Below the pieces are notes generated by a model. The model made no database searches and was not told the DNA's origin. It saw nothing but the letters and a program-made list of their open reading frames with translations. A stretch of 64,000 nucleotides of DNA from a virus. Taxonomy: Duplodnaviria > Caudoviricetes. Location of the stretch: IMG/VR virus record IMGVR_UViG_3300025018_000091, one strand, 5' to 3'. The stretch's first letter is position 1. The number at the start of each line of letters is the position of its first letter. The position numbers and the translations under genes are program-made. This document shows, in pieces, positions 37,561 to 45,837 of the stretch.

Positions 37561-37944
37561 TTAGATGGGTTGAATCTCTTCTCGGGCTTCCAGCTTACGC
37601 ACGTACTCCTTCTGCTCTTCAAAGGTGAGCTTTGATAGCTCATCCATGAATGTTCCAATACGTTCGTAAACCATGCCTTGCTCCAATTCCCATGGAGTTG
37701 TCATGTTCTCAGCAGCACAGAAGGCAAAACCCTCTCCATCAGGATCATCATTCATGTTCTTGATGGTCTGCTGAACGGACTTGTACGCCATCTCAGACGC
37801 AACTTCATGCAATCGATCATTGAAGTCCGTTTCCTCATCCACTTGACCAGTGTTACCACAATGATAACAGGCGTCTTGAACCATACGCCCATCCTCTTCA
37901 TAGTATTCCCAACCAGTCCCACCACACCTTAAACACTCACACAT
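37561..37944 (-). CDS. DnaJ-type Zn-finger protein
   Basis: CLRCGGTG..CYHCGNTG. Confidence 0.75.
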   Translation of the reverse strand: MCECLRCGGTGWEYYEEDGRMVQDACYHCGNTGQVDEETDFNDRLHEVASEMAYKSVQQTIKNMNDDPDGEGFAFCAAENMTTPWELEQGMVYERIGTFMDELSKLTFEEQKEYVRKLEAREEIQPI

Positions 37945-37975
37945 GATAATTTTCCCTTTTAGAGAAAAGTGAATG

Positions 37976-38173
37976 TTACTTTCTCTCTTCTCGCTCTTGA
38001 ACAAGAAGCGAAATTAGCTTTTGACGCGCAGCGTCAGATAAAGCCACTTGAAAGCCACCATTGAATGTCAATAGAACGCCCTTGTCCTTGTCATTCGACT
38101 CATTCAAAAGAACCCACATCTGTGAGCCTCCATAACATTCAATGAGATTCTCTCTACTTGGCTTTTTCCACAT
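37976..38173 (-). CDS. hypothetical protein
   Basis: track ORF. Confidence 0.6.
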   Translation of the reverse strand: MWKKPSRENLIECYGGSQMWVLLNESNDKDKGVLLTFNGGFQVALSDAARQKLISLLVQEREERK

Positions 38174-38244
38174 GTCTCTTACCCTTTTAGAAGCGTTGCA
38201 AACTGGGAATGTTAAGACCGAATTGATCTAATCCTGTGAAGCAG

Positions 38245-38316
38245 TGGGTCCAGAGGGACTTGAACCCTCAACTCTCGGGTTAAAAGCCCGTTACTCTACC
38301 ATTGAGTTATGAACCC
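38245..38316 (-). tRNA. tRNA-Lys(UUU), second copy
   Basis: canonical cloverleaf, CGGG-CTTTTAA-CCCG, GAGGG-TTCAAGT-CCCTC; 5' end overlaps the upstream stop. Confidence 0.9.
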
Positions 38317-38507
38317 ATGCGGCTAAACCGCAACCGATCAAGCATATCAACCAATTCATATGGTCGAAAGTCTTTCAAGTCTATCCAACCACGTCTCTCT
38401 GATTCTTCTGGTATTGGACCAGAAAGAAGTTCATCTAACTCCTCATCAGTTGGATAGATAAAATTATCCTCAAGAATATTGCGTAATTGTCCCTTTCTAG
38501 TATTCAT
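38307..38507 (-). CDS. hypothetical protein
   Basis: 3' part of track ORF. Confidence 0.55.
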   Translation of the reverse strand: MNTRKGQLRNILEDNFIYPTDEELDELLSGPIPEESERRGWIDLKDFRPYELVDMLDRLRFSRMGS

Positions 38508-38952
38508 TGTCGTAACGAGTTTCCATGTATTCCATGTAACGCTCGTCTTCATTCCAATGCTCGTAAGGGCGCATCATTCTTGTACCCAAATCCGAAAGCA
38601 ATTCCTCAATCACTTCAATTCTATCGTGATCGATTCGAGCTTTCTTATTCACCTCTTCGTAGAAGTCATCAATCGCCTTCTGACGAATGGCAGATAGTTC
38701 TTCCTTGGTGATATTCGGATTCTTCTCCTCAGCTTCACACTCAGCGTCATATGCCAAGTCTTGTGCTTGCTCAGCAAGATAATCCGCTTCGTCATGCCTC
38801 TCATCATCAGAGACCCATGACTTCTGCTCAATCTTCTGATGATATTCATTCCACTCAGAAGCGAGCTTGGACACCATCTCACGACGAATCGTACTTTTGA
38901 GAGTTTCCTCCCCAGTCTCGTCATACTCACCATCCATTACGAATCCACGCAT
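38497..38952 (-). CDS. acidic helical protein
   Basis: start MRGFVMDG; ends RPYEHWNEDERYMEYME. Confidence 0.75.
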   Translation of the reverse strand: MRGFVMDGEYDETGEETLKSTIRREMVSKLASEWNEYHQKIEQKSWVSDDERHDEADYLAEQAQDLAYDAECEAEEKNPNITKEELSAIRQKAIDDFYEEVNKKARIDHDRIEVIEELLSDLGTRMMRPYEHWNEDERYMEYMETRYDNEY

Positions 38953-38978
38953 GACTTTTCTCTTGTTAGAGAATAGAT

Positions 38979-39068
38979 TGGTAGCAGAGGTTGGATTCGA
39001 ACCAACATAATAATACGTCCTCGGATCCAAGGATATGTGCCACCAGATCCAACCTGGTTAACTCTGCT
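38979..39068 (-). tRNA. degenerate tRNA-like element with encoded CCA
   Basis: AGCAGAG/CTCTGCT, A73, CCA, GTTGG-TTCGAAT-CCAAC; anticodon loop not 7 nt. Confidence 0.5.
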
Positions 39069-39077
39069 AAATAAGGA

Positions 39078-39134
39078 CAGTTTTAGAACTTACCCCAGGT
39101 TCAAAGGTAGTTTTGGAACTTACCCTCAAGGTTC
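39078..39134. repeat. two tandem copies of AGTTTT(A/G)GAACTTACCC..GGTTC (third copy 42947..42971)
   Basis: direct comparison. Confidence 0.7.
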
Positions 39135-39294
39135 AAGATTAAGTCCATGACATATAGATACAAATATGACCAAAAAATTAGGACGCTATTACTAAACGTA
39201 TCCATACAACCGTCCTACATGTATGGCGTTATGACGAATCTGTTTGAAGGGCTAAGGGCAGAGTCGATTCACTTCTGCCCCATAACCCTATGAT

Positions 39295-39681
39295 TCAGCT
39301 TGCGGGCTTGGGCTCGGGCTGGTCTGCCCAACGGCAAACTCCACCACCCTTTCCCTTCCCGATATGGAAGGGAGCACCCGAATCGCGCTCGCCAGCACGA
39401 TCCCGAATGTAAGCCTGGACCTTTTCGGTCAAGGTCTTGAAGTTCTCGGGCTGAACATTCATGCGCTGAACCGCCATGCTGGTGATGGCAGGCATATTCA
39501 GCTTTGCCCCAGGGTATTGGTCGAAGACTGCATTGACAGCTTCTCCCACAGCTTCAGCTTCCAATTCCCTTTCGGTCTGGAAACGAAGCAGATCCCCGGA
39601 GAACTTTCGCTCGGTTCCTTCGAGATCGATGGAACCATCGGGATTCCGAACACAGTAGCTTTGCAGATTGATGGTCGTCAT
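39295..39681 (-). CDS. putative winged-helix protein, paralog of 42997..43356
   Basis: CVRN.DGSI..AV.AVFD..KGKGGGV; GGAGG RBS. Confidence 0.8.
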   Translation of the reverse strand: MTTINLQSYCVRNPDGSIDLEGTERKFSGDLLRFQTERELEAEAVGEAVNAVFDQYPGAKLNMPAITSMAVQRMNVQPENFKTLTEKVQAYIRDRAGERDSGAPFHIGKGKGGGVCRWADQPEPKPAS

Positions 39682-39778
39682 GATGACACCTCCCACGGAA
39701 TGAATCCTTGGCGCTTATCATGCTGAGAATCGACACAATTCGATTGCCATTGACTCGCGCCGTGTTGTACTACTTGGC

Positions 39779-40109
39779 TTGCCCCCGTCACCTGATGGGG
39801 TACCGCTTTCCGTTCCCAGCGAAACAACATCGTTTCGCATCGAATCGCGGCAACCAACATCGCCTCCCTTGCCCCGGTCACCTGATGGGGTAGGTCAGTT
39901 CCGCTCACAGCGGAAAACAACAGGGTTACGTTCGCAGCGGAATCCGTCATTCCGTTCCCGCTGCAACGCGCCGTCCTACAAGGGCATAATTGCCCCCGTC
40001 ACCTGATGGGACAGGCATTCCGTTCCCAGCGGAACGTTGCCTCCCCGTCGCCGTTCGTTGCTGCGTCGCATCGAACACAACCTACCTTGCCCCGGTCACC
40101 TGATGGGGC
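39779..40109 (-). promoter_or_regulatory. four tandem GCCCC-N13-GGGGC elements (39779, 39869, 39990, 40087; copies 6-9)
   Basis: 23-mers TTGCCCC(C/G)GTCACCTGATGGG(G/A)(C/T); three are preceded by a CGCTG.GA.CGGAA motif. Confidence 0.8.
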
Positions 40110-40117
40110 AGGCATCC

Positions 40118-40324
40118 TGGCACGATCCTTGCTACGCACGTCGCGCGCGCGCAGATCATGAGGTATCCCGATCTTGGCACGCTTGCATATTGCGAGAATC
40201 ATGCCATAACCTTTTGACCCTACGTATAGCGGCACATAATGTCACGCCACATATGGTCAATCCCCGGCTTGCGGCTCGTCGTCGCATGGTGGCACGATTG
40301 TCGCACCTTGCAATCGGCGTGCCA
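40118..40324. promoter_or_regulatory. cluster of sigma54-type GG-N10-GC motifs (40118+, 40191..40206-, 40290+, 40309..40324-)
   Basis: e.g. TGGCACGATCCTTGCT, TGGCACGCCGATTGCA. Confidence 0.6.
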
Positions 40325-40508
40325 GCGCTCGCCGAAAGCCAAAAAACCCATATCCCCAAAAGTCCAGAATTAGAGAGAATCTGGAACCCCTGGAAGGATA
40401 GAGGGGATGGGTAAATGCGGGCGGGGTAAAATTCCGCTCCCACTGGACGTGGGAGCGGATGCACAGAACGTGCTCTGAAAGCAGACATGGGGAATGAATG
40501 CTAAAAAC

Positions 40509-40703
40509 TTAGCTGATATGCAGCGTGTGAATCATTCGGCGCAATTGAATTCGTTCCATTCGCGCACGTCGAGCTTCACCGATTCCCCTTTCCTCGCACA
40601 AGGCTAGGAATTGGAACCCTCGTTCAGCTTCAATGCGCTCCCGACGTGCAGATTCACTCATTGATGAGAATGCAGAACCCCTTTCAGAAGTTTTCGAATC
40701 CAT
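40509..40703 (-). CDS. small basic protein
   Basis: track ORF. Confidence 0.45.
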   Translation of the reverse strand: MDSKTSERGSAFSSMSESARRERIEAERGFQFLALCEERGIGEARRARMERIQLRRMIHTLHIS

Positions 40704-40716
40704 CTGAATGGCTCCT

Positions 40717-41055
40717 TCAGATCATGGTCTTGAGTCGGAAAGCGTCAGCCCACAAGGCTTGCGTATCAGGATATGCACGATACCGCGAGCGACCGATTCT
40801 TTCGATGATTCCCTCATCTACCAACTTCTTGAGAGCGCCTCGAATGTCGCCCACTGAATAGAGCGAACCCAAACGCTTGTTCAAGTGTTCGGTCAAGTCA
40901 GAATCTTCCACGCCTTCATCGAATCGGCAAACTCCCCGAACGACCAAGGCACAACGATGCGCCATTCCATGGACAATTGTCGTTCGATCCGGTTCTGCGT
41001 AGACTTTGGTATCGTGTGTGTTGTAGGTTGTTTTCCTGCGAAACCTCATGTGCAT
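40717..41055 (-). CDS. winged-helix DNA-binding protein
   Basis: DIRGALKKLVDEGIIERIGRSRY; GGAG RBS. Confidence 0.65.
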   Translation of the reverse strand: MHMRFRRKTTYNTHDTKVYAEPDRTTIVHGMAHRCALVVRGVCRFDEGVEDSDLTEHLNKRLGSLYSVGDIRGALKKLVDEGIIERIGRSRYRAYPDTQALWADAFRLKTMI

Positions 41056-41086
41056 TCTCCTTGTTTCGAGTCAAGCTCTTTGGATG

Positions 41087-41503
41087 TTACAGTCTTGGCG
41101 TATACAAGAGCACGTTACTGCCCTCGTAAAACTCCTTCGCCTCTTTCAAACTACTACCCGTCAATTCGCGAACCTTCTTGATTGCGTTGATTCGATTGTC
41201 TGGAAACTCCTCTTTCAGAATCTGACGAATCTGATGATAAGAGGAATATCGCCTTTCGGAATAATCCCTCCCCATTACGAATAGACGCATGATCTCATTC
41301 TCCACTTGAGGCGAAAGATCCGGGGGAGAAAACGAATTCTTTTGCACAGGAGGAATCTTCGCGGTTTTCTTGAAGATCTCCAATTCCTGTTCAAGCTTCT
41401 TCAGATCATCCGTGGCAATAATCAGAGCACAATTCAAGGATGTATTCTCACGAATGAGATCATCCAAGTAAGACAATGGTACAGAAACTTTCACATCTTT
41501 CAT
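41087..41503 (-). CDS. coiled coil fused to ribosomal bL12 C-terminal-like domain
   Basis: NRINAIKKVRELTGSSLKEAKEFYE; GGAGG RBS. Confidence 0.75.
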   Translation of the reverse strand: MKDVKVSVPLSYLDDLIRENTSLNCALIIATDDLKKLEQELEIFKKTAKIPPVQKNSFSPPDLSPQVENEIMRLFVMGRDYSERRYSSYHQIRQILKEEFPDNRINAIKKVRELTGSSLKEAKEFYEGSNVLLYTPRL

Positions 41504-41644
41504 TCAATCCTCCCATCCATGACTTTTGTACTTCAATCTCGTAGGTGGAACCCGTCCATAGATCCATTCGTAGACTATTGCTAGACATACCAATGGACCT
41601 ATGACGAATATTGTGAGGAGAAGGTCAATTCTCTTGATCGTCAT
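41504..41644 (-). CDS. small membrane protein
   Basis: LLLTIFVIGPLVCLAIV; GGAG RBS. Confidence 0.55.
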   Translation of the reverse strand: MTIKRIDLLLTIFVIGPLVCLAIVYEWIYGRVPPTRLKYKSHGWED

Positions 41645-41819
41645 GCTCTCCCCAATCTTCCTCCATCCATTCGTTCTTGTTCCTGGGCGCCTTGTACTTC
41701 TTGGAATTGATCCTTGCCCCTCTGAGAGCTTCCCCCTTCGCTTGAAGGATTGCAAGCGTATTGCGTTCACGCTTGCGGGGGATCGTCAGGGTGAAGTGGA
41801 TTCCCTTTTTGCTTCCCAT
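41625..41819 (-). CDS. small basic protein
   Basis: GAGG before MGSKK. Confidence 0.5.
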   Translation of the reverse strand: MGSKKGIHFTLTIPRKRERNTLAILQAKGEALRGARINSKKYKAPRNKNEWMEEDWGEHDDQEN

Positions 41820-41958
41820 TGTCTTCCTCATAGTGGGTCAGATTCTTATTGATCTTATTCCCACAATCTGAACAGGTGTATCCGTAATCTGTTTTGACCA
41901 TACGCCTCATGCTATCACACACAAGGCAATATGGTCGCCAATCAGGTGAATGTGTCAC
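41767..41958 (-). CDS. small Zn-ribbon protein
   Basis: WRPYCLVC..CSDCG. Confidence 0.65.
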   Translation of the reverse strand: MTHSPDWRPYCLVCDSMRRMVKTDYGYTCSDCGNKINKNLTHYEEDNGKQKGNPLHPDDPPQA

Positions 41959-41963
41959 GGGGT

Positions 41964-42149
41964 TTAGTTCAAGGTTGTGTTCGGATTCGTAGCTAGTTGC
42001 TTCTGAAGATTCGACATCTTCTCAAGAACCAACTCGTAACACTTCTTGAGCAAGTATGCTGCATCCTCATCCGTGGGAGGAGGAGTAATCGCACCAGTCT
42101 TGACCAGAATGCCAGCAACGATAACAGCAGCAGCCATGAGAGGATCCAT
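41964..42149 (-). CDS. hypothetical protein
   Basis: GGAG RBS; directly downstream of element copy 10. Confidence 0.7.
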   Translation of the reverse strand: MDPLMAAAVIVAGILVKTGAITPPPTDEDAAYLLKKCYELVLEKMSNLQKQLATNPNTTLN

Positions 42150-42187
42150 CGTTTTCTCCGTTGTTTGTTTGCGTTACACACATTGGT

Positions 42188-42210
42188 TTGCCCCGCTCAC
42201 TCGATGGGGC
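42188..42210 (-). promoter_or_regulatory. GCCCC-N13-GGGGC element, copy 10
   Basis: identical to copy 1. Confidence 0.75.
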
Positions 42211-42282
42211 ATCGTTATACAGTCTCAGCGGAACTCGTATGATGGCACACGGAATGCAACGTGCAAACGGTGTACCACTCAG

Positions 42283-42357
42283 AGGAATGGTCAGGAATCG
42301 AACCTGCGTTGCCACTTACTCCCCCAATCCTATCACAGATCGAGGAATATCCATTCC
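42283..42357 (-). ncRNA. tRNA-like element (acceptor and T-arm only)
   Basis: GGAATGG/CCATTCC, CAGG-TTCGATT-CCTG; tRNA length but no canonical D or anticodon arm. Confidence 0.4.
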
Positions 42358-42375
42358 CGCCCTAGGGCTTAAGCT

Positions 42376-42579
42376 TCACTTCACAGATACAACCACACCG
42401 TCCTTAACTGTGACTGTGGCATACCACTTGTGTGGTTCGGGATAATGTGGACCTTCCACATATTCCGTCCCATTGTCCTTGGGCGTCCCAATACCGGGAG
42501 AATACAACCGCACTTGTTCTCCATTCTTGACCGCTTCCTTGAGAGCCCTTTTGGACTTGAAGTTTTTGGTGGTATACAT
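42376..42579 (-). CDS. small conserved phage-type protein
   Basis: NFKSKRALKEAV..GPHYPEPHKWYA. Confidence 0.75.
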   Translation of the reverse strand: MYTTKNFKSKRALKEAVKNGEQVRLYSPGIGTPKDNGTEYVEGPHYPEPHKWYATVTVKDGVVVSVK

Positions 42580-42583
42580 ATGG

Positions 42584-42790
42584 TCATTCTTCTCCGCAGC
42601 CGTAGTTGTAGCTTACTCCGTTGGGGCGAGAGATCAATCCCTCTTGCTCCAATGCCTTTTCGAGACGTGCCTTCTTGGAATTGAGAGCGCGCAATTGTCG
42701 CTTGGCATTGCGGATTGCATTCAACTCCCGTCGAATGGCACGAATCTCTTTTTTGGTATCGCTAATCTGTCCGTAAACTTCGCTCCACAT
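42584..42790 (-). CDS. coiled-coil protein
   Basis: KKEIRAIRRELNAIRNAKRQLRAL. Confidence 0.65.
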   Translation of the reverse strand: MWSEVYGQISDTKKEIRAIRRELNAIRNAKRQLRALNSKKARLEKALEQEGLISRPNGVSYNYGCGEE

Positions 42791-42996
42791 GTTCCGTTCC
42801 TCCATGTTTTGGGTGCATTCAAGGTTGCACCTAACCCGGCAGCCATGTGCAGGAGTCGAACCTACCTTACGCAACTTCCGTATAGCCGATCCTTGCTATA
42901 TGGAGTTAACGTACGCTTGTCACCATCGACACAAGGCATAATAGGGCAGTTTTAGAACTTACCCCAGGTTCCATCCCACTCACCACCCAGAAAGTC

Positions 42997-43356
42997 TTAC
43001 TTCTTCTCGGGCACGTCCCGCAGACGCACCACACCGCCACCCTTTCCCTTCGAAACCTTGAATTCGTTGTTGGTTCGAATCCACAGACCCACCGCCTTCT
43101 GGGTCTCGACGAATTCGGAGGGACCGATTCCCATCAGACCACACGCTGCGGAACAGATGTGGGGCATGGGAAGGGTTGCGCCAAGGTGCGCATCGAACAC
43201 GGCGTGAACCGCTTCCGAGATTGCACCCAAGGATTCGGCTTCCTTCTGAGCCAATTCCAGCAATTGGTCCTCGACCTCGAAAAGCGTCGCTTGGACATTG
43301 ATGGAGCCATCGTCGTTGCGGACACAAGTGCTGCTGAGATTGCTGATCTTTTCCAT
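42997..43356 (-). CDS. putative winged-helix protein, paralog of 39295..39681
   Basis: CVRNDDGSI..KGKGGGV; AGGAG RBS. Confidence 0.8.
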   Translation of the reverse strand: MEKISNLSSTCVRNDDGSINVQATLFEVEDQLLELAQKEAESLGAISEAVHAVFDAHLGATLPMPHICSAACGLMGIGPSEFVETQKAVGLWIRTNNEFKVSKGKGGGVVRLRDVPEKK

Positions 43357-43441
43357 GGCTTTTCTCCTTACACGTACAGTGGGGCAGTTTATTGACATTG
43401 TACCCCAGGTCGTTATTGTTTCGCTCGTTACATTGACTGGC

Positions 43442-43464
43442 TTGCCCCGGTCACCTGATGGGGC
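43442..43464 (-). promoter_or_regulatory. GCCCC-N13-GGGGC element, copy 11
   Basis: TTGCCCCGGTCACCTGATGGGGC. Confidence 0.75.
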
Positions 43465-43470
43465 AAGCTC

Positions 43471-44070
43471 TCATCCGTGAGAGAACGTTGACTTGCTTTG
43501 CTTCGCCTTGACACCGAATCCCAACTTCGATTGTCCAGGCTTGTTGGTCTTGTGAATCGCCATACGAGCAGGCTTCAGAATACGAGCAAGGGAATCGTCG
43601 CGATTCACGAATTCGTAATGAACCCCACGGTGAAACACTTCCCCGAAACAATCCGAGGATTGCTCGAACAAGCGCCGATCACACCACTCGCTCGCACGTT
43701 GGGGAAGGTCGAAGTTTTGCTTGACTTCCTTGCCCTTTTCGTCCAGAAGGATGTTTCCAGACCCGTCGCGAATGACGGCGGAAAAAGGCTTCTTGGACTG
43801 TGAAGGCTTCGATGCATTCTCGATTGACTCTTTCGCCTTCAAGAGATCCACGAGCATGATATGCCCCATGACCGCTTGTTTCAATTCAGTCAATGCGGGA
43901 GTCGGCATGACTTCCCCGGCGTCCACCTTTTGAAGGATTGGAGCCGTGACGTAGGAGACTTCACTGGTCAGAAGATACTCCCGATAAGCTTCGAAGAAAG
44001 CGATGGCGGAAACCTTCGCGCTATTCGCCTTCTGCAACAGACCTTTCGGTCCCATCTTGCGCTCAGCCAT
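43471..44070 (-). CDS. hypothetical protein
   Basis: GGAG RBS; 199 aa. Confidence 0.8.
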   Translation of the reverse strand: MAERKMGPKGLLQKANSAKVSAIAFFEAYREYLLTSEVSYVTAPILQKVDAGEVMPTPALTELKQAVMGHIMLVDLLKAKESIENASKPSQSKKPFSAVIRDGSGNILLDEKGKEVKQNFDLPQRASEWCDRRLFEQSSDCFGEVFHRGVHYEFVNRDDSLARILKPARMAIHKTNKPGQSKLGFGVKAKQSKSTFSHG

Positions 44071-44107
44071 TGTTCTACTCCGTTGTTCGTTCGTTGTACC
44101 GCTTGGG

Positions 44108-44130
44108 TTGCCCCGGTCACCTGATGGGGC
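44108..44130 (-). promoter_or_regulatory. GCCCC-N13-GGGGC element, copy 12
   Basis: TTGCCCCGGTCACCTGATGGGGC. Confidence 0.75.
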
Positions 44131-44135
44131 AGGTC

Positions 44136-44318
44136 CTACTTGCTGCCGAACAGCATTCCGGTGATCATCACCATGGCGCTAGCGCCAACCGATCCCCAGA
44201 ATGAGATTCCGTTATGCAAGTATTGTGCCACTTGAGGAAACTGTGGCACAAGAAAGAAGTTTACCGCACAGAAGATGCAAGCCGCCAACATAACCCACAT
44301 GACAAGTAGCTTCCACAT
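44136..44318 (-). CDS. two-helix membrane protein
   Basis: two hydrophobic segments; GGAG RBS. Confidence 0.7.
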   Translation of the reverse strand: MWKLLVMWVMLAACIFCAVNFFLVPQFPQVAQYLHNGISFWGSVGASAMVMITGMLFGSK

Positions 44319-44355
44319 TGTGTTGTCTCCGTTGTTGTTCGCTACACCCATTGTC

Positions 44356-44494
44356 TTGCCCCGGTCACCTGATGGGGCAGCCCGTTCCGTTGACGGTGGA
44401 ATCGCTGTCGTTCCGTTCGCAGCAGAATCGCTGTTGTTCGCTGCGTGCTGTCCGTCGTAACGTTGCCTACCTTGCCCCGGTCACCTGATGGGGC
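44356..44494 (-). promoter_or_regulatory. two GCCCC-N13-GGGGC elements (44356, 44472; copies 13-14)
   Basis: exact 23-mers. Confidence 0.75.
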
Positions 44495-44524
44495 TCGTGA
44501 CGAACGCGCGTCGCGCGTAGGGGA

Positions 44525-44794
44525 TTGGCACGCTTGCATATTGCGAGAATCATGCCAAACCCGTTTGACTATATGTTGCCTTATATATAATGTATGGTCA
44601 TTGAAAGTTGGCACGCTTGCAGATTGCAACGGGCATGCCAAGTCATATATTCCATATTTTATGGTTTTCCTTGGTTTTAGAGGTATGGCAAGTTCGGGCG
44701 GTATAAACTTTATTCCATGTTTTATGCAAACTTGGAATCGTCAAGGGAAGCGGTCATGTTGGCATGTTCGTCGCACCTTGCAAACCGCATGCCA
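44525..44794. promoter_or_regulatory. cluster of sigma54-type motifs (44542..44557-, 44625..44640-, 44760+, 44779..44794-)
   Basis: TGGCATGATTCTCGCA, TGGCATGCCCGTTGCA, TGGCATGCGGTTTGCA. Confidence 0.6.
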
Positions 44795-45136
44795 TATCCG
44801 GTAAAAAGACACGCGAAAACCCGGCACTCCTCCCCGAAGGGATAGAGCGCCAGGCTTCGCAACTTCAGTTCACATCGTTCACATCGTTCACTTACTTTTT
44901 TTATCGACTTATACATTTAATTCTACGCGGGCTCAACCCGTTCGCACAGTTTTCGCCACATTGACTCATAATCTGCTCTTTTCTCAGGGTTAGAGAACCT
45001 GCGGTATGGTCGTGTGATGCGCCAACGCACGAGCTTAGCGACTTGCCGATGGCTCATACCATCGGTGCGATGAGAGAATTGGCAAGCCTCAGAAGGTTCT
45101 TAGGCGTTGCCCCCTTCAGCTTGCCAACAGTCAGAT

Positions 45137-45490
45137 TCACAGGAACCAACCTTCCAACTTGCGCTCCAACGCAAGATTGTTCAATGCCTCGGTTGTGCGG
45201 AGAAGAGACTTCTTCTCCGCTGTGTACTCTTCTCCCACCGTGAAGTTGAGACCCTTCATCAGTGCAATATCGACTTCGCGCTGAGTTACCTCTTCGTGGA
45301 CCTGGCGCTCCTCGATCTTGCGCAACAGATCCTTGGCTTCAGTCGCACGTAGCTTTGCACCCAAGAGAACGTCTTGGGCTTTCTCGAATGCCTTGCGGGC
45401 GTTATCCGCAGACACACGAGCCAACTTCTCATCTTCGACGGCTTCGACACAAGCCGCCTTCAACCCTTCAAGTGTCGCCTTGAGTTGCAT
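45137..45490 (-). CDS. coiled-coil protein
   Basis: GGAG before MQLKAT. Confidence 0.7.
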   Translation of the reverse strand: MQLKATLEGLKAACVEAVEDEKLARVSADNARKAFEKAQDVLLGAKLRATEAKDLLRKIEERQVHEEVTQREVDIALMKGLNFTVGEEYTAEKKSLLRTTEALNNLALERKLEGWFL

Positions 45491-45776
45491 ATCGTTTCTC
45501 CGTTTCATGCACACTGGTTTGCCCGGTCTTGAGAACCAAGGCAGAGAGAAACTCCCTGCCCGTAATCAAGCCTTCGAGGTATTGATCAACCTCAAAGTGT
45601 CCCGCATAATGCAGGACAGCCCGTTCGACATGAGGCTTGAGAATCTCAGCCTCAGTCTTATAATAGAGGGAGTGCGGGTCGCACTTATCCCAGGAAGGAG
45701 TTTCCCTAATCAGAGTCAAAGCGGCTTCCGACGCCTTGATCCGAGCCTCCTCCAGAATACCAGCCAATGAACCCAT
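45468..45776 (-). CDS. hypothetical protein
   Basis: GGAGG before MGSLAG. Confidence 0.7.
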   Translation of the reverse strand: MGSLAGILEEARIKASEAALTLIRETPSWDKCDPHSLYYKTEAEILKPHVERAVLHYAGHFEVDQYLEGLITGREFLSALVLKTGQTSVHETEKRYATQGDT

Positions 45777-45804
45777 TGTCTTTCCTCCGTTGTTGACCAC
45801 TATC

Positions 45805-45827
45805 TTGCCCCAGTTACTCGATGGGGC
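45805..45827 (-). promoter_or_regulatory. GCCCC-N13-GGGGC element, copy 15
   Basis: TTGCCCCAGTTACTCGATGGGGC. Confidence 0.7.
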
Positions 45828-45837
45828 GATTTTACAG

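Noticed and set aside
39779-40109. CRISPR array
   Set aside because: Spacers are long and unequal (about 67-98 nt) and share sub-motifs, the repeat also occurs singly before genes, and no cas gene is in the window.
39678-40488. Track ORFs across the hairpin and sigma54 region (also 44342..44804 and 46064..46584)
   Set aside because: They translate the repeated motifs (PHQVTGA, PRSPDG) in GC-rich non-coding DNA, with no RBS and several mutually overlapping frames.
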